From: Bigelowiella natans CCMP2755
Lineage: Eukaryota; Protista; Cercozoa
DNA length: 37,965 nt
Assembly (NCBI GenBank): GCA_000320545.1
Contig: ADNK01000420.1
Location: 1-37,965 of the forward strand
Direction: 5' to 3'
Shown here: positions 23,877 to 34,379 of the stretch, piece after piece
Layout: each line of letters opens with the position of its first letter
Numbering within the stretch: position 1 is the first letter of the stretch
Program-made: the position numbers and the translations under genes
The notes under the pieces: generated by a model
The model's database searches: none
Seen by the model: only the letters and a program-made list of their open reading frames with translations
Told to the model about the DNA's origin: nothing

Positions 23877-26038
23877 AGCACTCGGGCGATACGATACACA
23901 GTCGAGAGGCATTGCAATGTTGAGAAGTGTGGGAATAACACGCAGTATATTCTATCAGAACAAACAGGATCATCAACTCCCAATCTGACATGAAGAATTC
24001 ACATCTATCTCGTGCAACAACTCTGCTGCTGCTGCTATATACTGATTACCTTCGAATCCAATCCCTTGCAGCTTGCTTTGGGATGTTGAGGTTGGCGAGT
24101 ACAACTGTACCCGCATCAGTTAATACTGCGCAAAGCTCACCAGCTAAAGGAACCAAAAAACAACGAAACCGTCAAGGACTTGCGGGGGATTCATTCTGAG
24201 CATCAGGAATGAAGCGCGAACAACACCGATGACTTCTGGTACATCATTTGCCATGCTCGCGCGACGATAAATAGCCACCAAAAACAGGGAACGATGAGGA
24301 AGCCAAATAGCATATTATGGGAGGAAGGATAAGGAAAGGGGTGGAGGAATGAGTATTAGTGGTAGTAGCAGCAGCAGCAGTAATAGTAGTAGTATTAGGA
24401 GGCAGGGGCACAGTTGTAAGCACAACCTCTCCTCGTCTTCTCATTGATGGTTGATGGCGAAGATCCCAAATCAGAGTTGATGCCCTGTGATAGTAGAGAG
24501 TGCTCCAGGCGGTAGACGTTCAACCGATGCTTGCTCAGAATCCATTCCTCCAGCGCTAAAGTAATAAACAAATGTAGAAGAAGAAGAAGAAGAAGAAGAA
24601 GAGGACAGTGCCAGAAGGGTTTGACAAGATCATAGACATAAGCTAGTAATAGAAATATATACAGGGTGATACATATGATTTATGTTTGAATTATAAATTA
24701 CCTAACCCAACTTTATGCGCGAAGGCTTCATCGGAGGATACTATCATCACGGTAATGCCTGATACAACATTTGTAACCATTTTCACGTGGAAAATAGAAG
24801 AAGCGAAATGTCCAATCTATTGTCCTTCTTCGCGGCAAAATCTCGGCCATATCCTGTTACTCTCTCAGCGAGTCAAGGATGTGAGGAATTTCATATCACT
24901 ATTACGATTACTCAAGGTAATCACTTTATTCGTAACAAAACGGTGAAAATGACTAAAAATATTTTCTTAAATATCATAGAAGTATCGATGATTTTGGTGA
25001 ATGGAATCGTCATCATCGTTGTTCTCCACTCCTCGTTGCGGGAAAAGAACTAAATACTTGAACATCTTACTCAGTCATTCACCTTTCTGGGCTATGTACG
25101 CAAATCTTTTTTCACGTGACACACCGTCGTTGTGCCCGATTGCCACCTGCTCCACAAAGACGTGATGATGACGAAAACACAATAGTGACGTCATCATAAT
25201 CACACGGTGCTAATGCACGTAAGATTGTCGCAAGAGGGGAGAAAGCAGAGTAGCACGGTGCAAAGGGAGTGGGATCAATGATAAAGGGAAAGAGGATGAG
25301 CTCGAAAAGAGAATCTGCTTCTTTTGCCAGTCATACCGGTGTTGGCAGCGGTCGTTCCTGATTCTCCTTTGCGAATTCGTACAGGTAGTTTTCCGCTTTA
25401 TGAATACTATTACTGATAGCGTTTCTTAGGCTGTGCGCATCGAAGGACCCGATTCGGCTAACAACTGAGTGATCGGTTAAAGTCACTCCCCCACCCGTCC
25501 CACCGGTATCACTGCTTTCCGTCTTTGTCGTAGATGTGCGCACAAGCGGGGAGGGGGAGGAGGAGGAGGGCGCGTCGCCATCGCTGTTGGAATTGTCATC
25601 GCCATGGAGAGCATGGTTTTGTGATTTGTGGGTGGTGATGGATGATATAGCATCGAAGAGACCAGTACTCTTGCCTCCTACTCCTTCTCCTCCCTGAGCA
25701 TCATCTTCTTTCTTCGCAGTGAAGAGGAGGTAGCACAACACCCCGCATATGGCAAGTGCCAGGAGTAGCTTTGTAAGAAAAGAGAAGCCTAAAGATTGAG
25801 AGCAAGGGAAGGGGGGGAGGGAATTCTCATTGGAAGCAGTAAGACGCCTAATTCTCAAAAATACCTGATCTTCTCGCTTTGCCCCCATGAGATTTAGCCT
25901 TAGCGGGAAGAAGAGGGAGGAGGAGGGGGGAGCTTAGATTTGTAGCCACGGGAATAGTGAGAAGTATATAATACGTACCTCGCCCTCTTCCATCGAGCGC
26001 AGACTGGCAACATCGACAGATCTGAGAAAGAGACTCAT
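12402..26038 (-). CDS. Signal-anchored fusion: degenerate APS kinase + ATP sulfurylase + inorganic pyrophosphatase + acidic/Ser-rich tail (43 exons, ~1384 aa)
   Basis: 43 GT-AG exons with mutually consistent phases sum to 4155 nt (ATG 26038, stop TAG 12404-12402). ATPS motifs: [68 protein letters not shown]. PPase motifs: [60 protein letters not shown]. The APSK-like region aligns with PAPS synthase kinase domains. Tail exons (14264-12402) are less certain than the catalytic ones. Confidence 0.9.
13311..13730 (-). repeat. Coding (TCT)n microsatellites giving poly-Ser tracts in the C-terminal tail exon
   Basis: (GAA)n at ~13354-13393 and ~13628-13669 on + strand lie inside the 420-nt exon 13730-13311. 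Confidence 0.7.
14546..17871 (-). other. Family I soluble inorganic pyrophosphatase domain (eukaryotic type)
   Basis: The conserved active-site positions are present: E..K.E in [13 protein letters not shown] in PRNY, YG, DxDPxD, D....D.K, YK. Confidence 0.95.
18271..22697 (-). other. ATP sulfurylase domain (PAPSS/plant-type lineage)
   Basis: QTRN and HAGH catalytic motifs lie in exons 20601-20485 and 20277-20136. The exon expected to carry the GRD motif is not recognisable in 19612-19901. Confidence 0.95.
19768..19786. repeat. 19-nt poly-C run within the unresolved ATPS interval
   Basis: Read directly; a similar 18-nt poly-G run is at 20318-20335. Confidence 0.9.
22949..25146 (-). other. 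Degenerate (pseudo) APS kinase domain, exons 4-11
   Basis: [140 protein letters not shown]...[12 protein letters not shown]. It is colinear with APSK but lacks the P-loop, DGD and lid motifs. Confidence 0.85.
25715..25768 (-). other. Signal anchor / signal peptide h-region (residues 39-56) of the fusion protein
   Basis: [18 protein letters not shown] is preceded by basic GKARRS..TK and followed by acidic [11 protein letters not shown]. Exons 26038-25979, 25898-25865 and 25788-25337 join in phase. Confidence 0.8.
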
Positions 26039-26765
26039 TGTGAATTGTTTGCCATCAAGTGTAGCATTCCCGCGATGGACGTCAATACTTGTTTTTCGGG
26101 GGACTAGAAAGGCTTCATTGGTTTGGAGTAATTACTCTCTCTCTCTACCACCTCTTCTTCTGCGAGGCTCTCTGCATTGAATGGCCTGGAGCAGCTCCAA
26201 GGAGCGTGTTTCTTCACTGCTGGGTTTTGAGGCCTACAGGCAGGCGACGGGGTCGATCGAGCAGCAGCAGCCACTGAAATGGAAACCGGCGGTCACTTTC
26301 GAAGAGAATACGTTTTACGTCTATTTTTTGTGCGGAATATATCTAAGATATCACTGACCAACCTCACTTGTGTGATGATCAAAACAGTAGCGCGGAAGAG
26401 CGACGGGAGGCTGTGGATCAGTGACCAACTTCTTCTCGAGCAGGACACTGATAAAAAATGAACAGGCGATTTTTGTCATATATGGTGTTGGTTTTCGTAT
26501 GACGACAATAAAATTTCGTGTCGTCATATAAATTAGAACGGAGTTCGCATTCTTCGTACACCACATCCAATCCGCGGGAAATGGCGGAGAGCAGCCGCGG
26601 TGAGCCTGATCTTGAATCAATCCCTAGGCTTTTCAAATCTTGCATGCTTTCGCCCCTCGTCGCGTTCCCATGTCATTTTTGTGCCTCCTGGCCTAGGCAA
26701 CGTGGGACAGATTTCAGTATCAACATCCACCTAGAAATCAATCTCAACGGCATCCTAACAAAAAA
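26039..26765. promoter_or_regulatory. Divergent promoter region between the ATPS fusion gene and NUP85
   Basis: Head-to-head ATGs at 26038 (-) and 26766 (+), 727 bp apart. Confidence 0.6.
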
Positions 26766-29217
26766 ATGTCTGCAATTGTTATGGTATCAGTAGACCAAAA
26801 GGAGGAGTTGGAGGAGGGGCAAATAAATGACCAAAGGAGAGATCCCGAAATTTTCAAAACAAGCGCTCCCTTACACGCAACTTGGGGCTATGGAAACGAG
26901 ATTTTGTTGCATGGTAAGATACAGGACCGCAGCAATTCGAGAAGAAGGAAGGCGCGCGGAAACGGCAGCATATATCCCAGAAAACTAGAACGTGAGGTTG
27001 GTCAGAGTTGTAAAGTTGAAGGACTTCGGCCACTTCTCCTCGGATGGCACAGCATATTTTCAGACACCCAGAAAAGTCGTAGGCATGCAGACCAAAAGAA
27101 AATGGGCTTGAATAGCATCGCTGAGAGCAGTAGAAATTATCGTTCTGAACTTCAGAGCTTCATCGAGAAACGTTGCAGATTAGATAATAGGCCGGGTGGT
27201 GACGAAGAAAAGGCTCAAATAATCTTGGCGAATATACACATAATATGGCATCTCATCGAAATTTTCTATCTCGATGTGCATAGCAACGTCACTGGCCAAA
27301 TGCTGGGCTGGTTGCATCAGTCATCACCTGAGCAAGATGACGACTTTGATGGTGATATGAAAGAAGGCGACGCTAACTGGTGGCGGCGGGTCGGAGAAAA
27401 GGTTCTTCAAGGGAGAATACCAGCTGCAGTTGACATGCTGATGAATTATGCAGCTTTAGAGAGCATGATGGAAGAGAGGGACGAGCTCATTCAGCTCTTA
27501 GAGAGTAACCCGTGTATGGTAGGTGATAATAGAGACACTGCCGATTTCATCGAGGATTATAATGCATGGAAAAAGGCTGTTGAATCATGGATGAGGAAGC
27601 AGGCCGAACACCTAGATGGCGGGATCTTAGAAAAGATGGTGGACATCGCTGAAATCCTTCTTGGAGACCCGCATACCCTTTACTCTTACTCTACAAACGA
27701 TCACGAATTCTTCGTCGCTCACTTATTATATCAAACGCCGGAAATTGGGCGTGATGACTTACAGGTGGTGGCCAGCAACTGCTATTCTGTGGAGTACAAG
27801 CGGACATACGGGGAGGAGGGAAACCAGGAAGAGCAGGGGCTGCTACAGAAATGCATCATCGAGATCATCCGAGGAAACCTGTACGACGCAATAATGATTT
27901 GCTTGCAGATCTTTGACTCGCCATGGTTCATCGCCCACCTCGTAGATTTATTGCATCATGCAGGCTGCTTAAGGGAGACGCTTCCATTCGATGATGATAA
28001 GAGCATCAGGCAGTTTTGCCTCTTGGAGTATGGCAGGGGACTGATCAGCGATCCTTCTATTTGGCACCTGAGCCTTGCATACTTCTCCGAGTGTGGGGTA
28101 AGAGGCCGCGCACACGTGAGAGGGCTGCTAGAGTCCCAGCCGATCCCGTCCATTCGTGTGGCGAATAAGCTCATGAACCTCTGTCGCAAGTACAAGATCC
28201 CCCAGGATCTCATGACCATTATCATCAACCGTATGGGGTTCAGGGCAATGAAGCAAGGGAGGTTGGGAGAGGCGATTATGTGGTTCGCCAGGTCAGAGGA
28301 GGAGGAGCTACTATTGAGGCTTGCAACTCGCTCAGCCGTGCAGATGTTAAGGAGGAGGGAGGCCGGAGATGAGGGTCTTTATAATTCTCCAATATCGATT
28401 GCCATGCCGTCTGATGAGAAAAGCCCTGTTGGATCTGCTGTCGTGCTCGTGGAGACCGTGCGCGATTTCAGTAAACTCCGAGCTTCGATTGAAACACTGG
28501 TGGAAACATTGCTGCAGAAGGAAGCTAAGGACAAGATTCAGATGGGCAACAAGAACAATTCCCAACCTAGGAGTGATAGTGAGCAGAGAGGTGCAATCGT
28601 TAAGAAACTTGCAAAATTACAGGCAGAGGCTATATCTTCTACGTTGAAGCTACTCAAAAAGGGGGTTGGCAGCAATGAATGCCAACTTCTAATTCTATTC
28701 GAGTGTGCGCGCATCGTTGACTATGGGAAGTTCCATAACATAAGCATTGTATCTTCTCCAAAGGATATCATGACTCTCATGTCGCACCTGGAAGGGCTCT
28801 CCTCAAAGCCTAATGTGAATGCCAAAAACGGCAAATGTGAAGATGATAAGGTCGTTGGATCATCATCAATCTGACCTAGTGTTTTACCTTGCATCGTTGA
28901 TTCCTCCTTACTTCATTCAGCAGTCATACTTCACCCTTACAATCTGATCGTTGGTTCCTCTGTATCTTAGAAATTTGCGGCCATGAGAATGGCCTTATCC
29001 AAAGGAGTTGCCAGGGCTGTTGTTCTGGACGCGAAGAGGCGCAGAAACGAGCCCGGTGGAGAGGAGAATCATCAGGTAAGGCGCAAACTGGCTGCCGCCA
29101 AAATGTTCGTTTTCCCGAAATCAAAGTAACCTCTCATGACTCTTGTCTTTTCTACAGCCACGAAGAATCATCATGGCACCAGACTTGCAAAAGTTTGCAA
29201 ATTTAGATCGGATATGA
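26766..29217 (+). CDS. NUP85: Nucleoporin Nup85 (Y-complex); exons 26766-28850, 28971-29075, 29158-29217
   Basis: Family-typical motifs IIWHLIEIFYL, NWWRRVGEKVLQGRIPAAVDML, EILLGD, FFVAHLLYQTP, PWFIAHLVDLLHHAG, RQFCLLEYGRGLISDPSIWHLSLAYFSECG. The spliced exon 2 supplies the terminal MRMALSKGVARA helix. Confidence 0.9.
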
Positions 29218-29559
29218 TCGTTCACGTACGAATTTGTAGTTTGCAGTATCAGCTATGGGGTAGCAGCATCGCTGACAATACCTGCAGTAGTGTGTGTAGA
29301 TATTTGGGGACGAGAGGATCAGCAAGTTTCTCTGCTCAATATCACGGGCCTTGTGACCCCATTTGCACAAAGTGATGCTCCCTGCTGCTTCTTGCTTTCT
29401 GGGAAAAAATCTTATCCAAAAATAGAGATTACAAAAAATTATAATAATCAGTGAGTTGGATCATATACGTAGTTGCTGAAATTGGCTTATTTCGTACGTC
29501 GTATGAGCCTCCATGATGACAATTGCTTGCGCAAAAATACATTCCACTGGGGAGCTTCA

Positions 29560-30060
29560 TTTTTCAATTTTAGCGCGCACAACGCCCAACTGCTTTATAC
29601 CTTGCTAGCTTGGTAAGCGACAATAACAGCGCAAGATCTACTGCGACTGCTTCACTCATGACCATGCGTAGCTAGGTAGGGATATCATTGCGCATGTCAC
29701 GTGCGTCTGCTAGAATGTCTCACACATTCTAGACATAGCAAGCATGCGCGCACGTCTGCATTGTCTAGTCGTTGTGTGCATGCACAGCTATACGTACGAC
29801 ACTGCTAGAACACATGATGAGGATTGGCCGCCATTGAACAAATTTAATTAATTTGCATTGATCGATTGCATCCGTCATATACGTCTAGATGTATCGTGTC
29901 GCGTTGTCTCTAGATGGTGCTCGCTGCGATGCGGAGTCTGAACTTCATCACACATACACATGTGTGAAGTTGGCAGTTGCCGGGAGCGCTAGCTAGAGCG
30001 TACACGTACATCGTAGTAGTGTACGTAGTGGCAATTTAGTGCTTGCATGCAATTCATTGC
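29560..30060. other. Intergenic CTAG/CATG palindrome-rich island
   Basis: About 10 CTAG in 29600-30000; stem-loop CTAGAATGT-ctcac-ACATTCTAG at 29710-29732; AGCATGCGCGCACGT and TGTGCATGCACA runs. Confidence 0.65.
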
Positions 30061-30136
30061 TCTAATTTTGCACACACATAATATGCATATATAATTTATA
30101 TGTATTCTATGCACTGATGTGTACATATGCGTATAT

Positions 30137-30140
<4 letters not shown>

Positions 30141-30173
<33 letters not shown>

Positions 30174-30432
30174 AGTATGTGTGTGTATGTTTGTGTGTGT
30201 ATCATGGCCACACGCCAGGTGAATAAATCGCCCGAATGCCCAACGATACAATGTACATTATAATTGTTTAATTATGTTGGTGTTAGCTAGAACTAAAAGA
30301 CCAAGTAATTCTTAAAAATACCATTTTGTATAATATCGTGTTCATCGTCACACTGTGTATCTATATGAGTGTTCTTTTATTAATTTGATGACCTCATGGA
30401 AATTAATCCCCCTTCCCCTTCCACAGAGAAAT

Positions 30433-30486
<54 letters not shown>

Positions 30487-30588
30487 TAAATATATATATA
30501 TATATATATATATATTCATGATGAAGGCGATGCACGTTTTTGAAATAATAACACGTGTTGTGCGTGTGAATGTGTGTAAACGTGTGTA

Positions 30589-30633
<45 letters not shown>
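30141..30633. repeat. Intergenic microsatellite cluster (TA)n, (TG)n, (GA)n
   Basis: Direct tandem dinucleotide runs at ~30141-30200, 30433-30481, 30491-30515 and 30592-30633. Confidence 0.9.
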
Positions 30634-30634
<1 letters not shown>

Positions 30635-31759
30635 ATATGCAGTTACATGTAATTTCTGAATTTCTGGGTTTTACAGTGACCATGATAACCACCAACTTTA
30701 CATCATGCGTGATAACTACATGTCACAAATGATGCCAGAATCATCTTCATTGACTAATAGATGTCTTAGTTATGCTATACTTGCCCTCATTTCAAAGTGA
30801 TAAGCTCTAAGAATTAACCCACACACCAATCTAAAAAGGTGTGTACGCACTATATCTTTCTTTAAACAGAATGAAGAATAAGCATAGCATACGGTACTGA
30901 CTCCACCGCAAGAATTTTAAAGGCCAAGCTTCGTGCGGCGCCAGTGACGACGTTTAGCATTGTACCTGATATCACACACTATAAACACCACAATCTCTGC
31001 TAGCATGTAAAAATCGACTATACCTGATTGTGTTTCCGGTACGGAGACGAATCCATTGCGGGATAGGTCTGTTCTGTTTTTGCTTCTTCGCTAAAATGCG
31101 TTTAACTCTGAGTGTCTTTTGGGAAGGCTGCCAAAAAAAGTAGGGTTAGAGGGTTGTACAAATCAAGATCGTGGGGGTGGACAACCATGGCAGGCGCGCA
31201 ACAATTCTCCTTTTCTCCGAAGAATCGAAGCTTATAATTTGTCGGCGAATTCGTCATTCGTTTCTCTCCAGAGATCATCCAGATATCCAGCCAAACCGGC
31301 CTAATTTCCACCGAAACCCTGGCGCCCCCTACGACTGCGACATCACCTTCAACTACAATTAAAATTCTCCATATATGAAGACGCCGGTAATAAATAGCCT
31401 TCTATTTTGATTTGATTTTGAAGAAACACACTTCAGATCTTATTTGTGCTTCCTTCAAGAACTTTCCATCTGTGAGCAAACTTTTCATACAAATGTACGA
31501 TATTATTATGATAAATAATTTCCCCACTGTCATTTCTGTGCGCCTTTGTTAACCGGGTCCTTCAATTGTTCAAAAATTATTGCAATAATATATCGGGAAT
31601 ACTTCTATTTAGAATTGTCAGGATACCTAAAGCAAGGAAGGAAGCGAAAAGAAGAAGAACCGATTTTGTCGAAGAAGCTGCAACTGTTAAATCTGCCCCC
31701 TCCACCCCCTCTCGAAGCAACAAACGAGGTAATTCCTGGGAAACGTCAGGATCTTCACC

Positions 31760-33143
31760 ATGTCAAATAAGCGCGAGAGATATGTCGTTCGGCTACTGAT
31801 GCTGGGGGACTCTGGTGCCGGCAAGTCGACGTTGTTGCTGCGGTATGTTCAGGTATGGTTCATCAGGCCCATTGCTATCGTTATTTTCCTGTGTAGAATT
31901 ATTTATCATGCATTCTTTCACAAACAGGATGGGTTTGAGAGCGAACACATGCCCACAATTGGCATAGATTTTCGGCTTAAAAATATCGAATTGGACGGAA
32001 AGAAGATCAAAGTGCAGGTGTGGGACACAGCCGGGCAGGAACGCTTCCGGTAAAGCTTTGCTACAAGTCAAAAGAACTATTCTGGATGATCTTATGTACT
32101 CATGTGTTGATACCGGCACTTTGTTCGTGCTGTATGTATTTATCTAGAGATAACCAATCTAAAATCAAATCATTTACATATGTTCTTCCCTGGGCTCCTC
32201 CATTCTCTGCAAAATGACTCTCCTGTCACATAGAACCATCACACACAGTAAGTAAAATGAGTAAAGAAATCGCCCCACTTTTATTTGCATTTAGTTGAAA
32301 TATTGAATAATTGTTACGTGGTGTTCTAATTGTTCTTCAGACTACTACAGAGGGGCACATGGAATACTGCTACTTTATGACGTGACAAAGCAGCCAACAT
32401 TTCTCAGTAAGCACACAACAACTTCACAAATCTCTCAATACTCAATTGCTTTGATACTGCTACGCACTCATTCACTCACCAATAACTCCATCCAACACTT
32501 CGCTGAGAGAGTATTACCGTCGGCATTCCATTGATGCGTATGAGTGACCTCGCCAGAAGTGGTTGAATTAGTTGCAAAATCATTGATCCTCAGATATTCG
32601 AAAATGGATCCAAGATGTCAGAGCATACGCGGAGCAGAACGTAATATAACCGGAAGAATACAATACTGCCAATGATTATATGGGAGGGAATAGAATATGC
32701 TCGTAACATTCTCAAGGATTTATGATGATAATTATTGTGTCGCGAGCACTCGCCCATTGGCATTGTTACAGGACAAAATTATCAGTATTTTCGTTTTCCT
32801 TGAGGAGTGCAGGATCAAGATTCTACACTTATATTTCACCATTCTGTACACATTGCAACGATGAGGAAGAAGTTATGGACGGCCATGACAAAACTCGTTG
32901 GCGTTCAGTAGACTGTTATGTTACATGATACAAAACGACGATTTAAATCGTCTCTTTGTTGGGAGAATATCTAATGTTGTTGTCTTTCAACCTTAGGTCA
33001 ATCTTGTGCTGATAGGGAACAAGTGTGACTTAATTCAGAAGAAGGTTGTAATTGTAGCAGTGGTAGTAATATTGGCCTCAAAGCCCGACCTTCTCTATAT
33101 TAGTTATATAAATAATATATAAATGATGTATAAATAATATATG

Positions 33144-33195
<52 letters not shown>

Positions 33196-33251
33196 TAAAG
33201 GCATGTATTATTATGTAAAAATTTTATATTAAATTCTATATTTAATATATA

Positions 33252-33299
<48 letters not shown>

Positions 33300-33315
33300 A
33301 TATTATTTAGACATA

Positions 33316-33354
<39 letters not shown>

Positions 33355-33955
33355 AAAGGTTGTATCCACGGAGCAAGCTGAGGAGTTAGCAAACGAGTAA
33401 ATTCTCCTTATCATCTATCATCATAATAATGTCGAAAGAGTGGGCAAAAAATCCACACAGCTCAATCTAAAACTCATTTTGTTCTCTCGATGTTTGGTGT
33501 TGTGTAAATCCCCTTTAGATACGGGATCCAATTCTTTGAAACCTCGGCTAAGGTCTTTCGAGTGAAGATGACTCATAAAATAACTCATAGAGAATACTAC
33601 CACCAACGATTGATAATCTACTTTGGGAGTGATTGATTCCTACCCTCTCCCTCCACCACTTTCAACCTAAAAAACCACCATGCAGCGCTGATTCTGCTCG
33701 ATATCGATTCTCAGGAAGACACGAATGTGACGAAGGCATTTGATTCTCTCATTAAGACTATATGCAATCGAAAGTTTAAAGGTAGTTACGATATTTCGGA
33801 AGAGGATACGCTTGGAATAGCACCAAAAACGACAAAACTGAATTACGTTTGTGTTCTCCACTTGTTTTGTAGACAAGGCTATGTTGGAGTCAAAAAATGG
33901 CGGAAGCGCACCCCTCTCGAAACCACGGGGCATGAAGGAAAAAAAGTGTTGCTGA
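31760..33955 (+). CDS. RAB8: Rab8/RabE/Sec4-like small GTPase, 10 exons
   Basis: [55 protein letters not shown] and C-terminal KKCC prenylation motif (stop 33953-33955). Includes a 14-nt microexon at 32234-32247. Assignment within the Rab1/Rab8 group rests on TIGIDF. Confidence 0.88.
33095..33350. repeat. AT-rich (TA)n and (GT)n intron tract in RAB8 intron 6
   Basis: Direct tandem repeats between donor ~33045 and acceptor ~33358. Confidence 0.9.
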
Positions 33956-34379
33956 AAAATACGGCAGTTTTTCAGCTTCTCTGATTGCCACTTACGTCCT
34001 TACACTATGATTGCGTCGGATGCGGAGAATTGTTTCATATCCAAGCGCGATTGCATATGTTCTGTGCGTGCTGTGGTCCCAAACAAATATCAGCGTGCAA
34101 ATTATTCTCATTTGCTCTTCTGAATTAACAAGAGCTAATTCCGATACCTTGTGGTTATGTTATTCATCTGCAACAATAAATTTACACACACATGCTGTTA
34201 CGGGCTAGAGCACCCCGCGGTGTCAAGTGATGCAGTGTATACGCATTGCAAATTATTGCAGCTTTCAATAATTACAGAGAAAACAACGACCGCTGACACT
34301 TTCTGATCGACGTTATGATTATTGGGCGGACTGCCGTTAGTAAGGCTAAATAAATGGCTACATGGACGTACATCTACAG

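Noticed and set aside
24785-24853. Candidate extra exon in intron 4 of the fusion gene ([14 protein letters not shown]...)
   Set aside because: In the required phase it runs into a stop with no convincing donor and no APSK similarity; the 25083->24758 junction already gives a colinear alignment.
25331-25888. ORF-track protein starting [15 protein letters not shown] as a stand-alone gene
   Set aside because: Its first part reads through an intron (25864-25789). The real frame joins exons 26038-25979 and 25898-25865 and continues by splicing at 25337 into the APSK-like domain.
32937-32952. Perfect 16-bp palindrome GACGATTTAAATCGTC in a RAB8 intron
   Set aside because: Single occurrence with no associated structure; compatible with chance.
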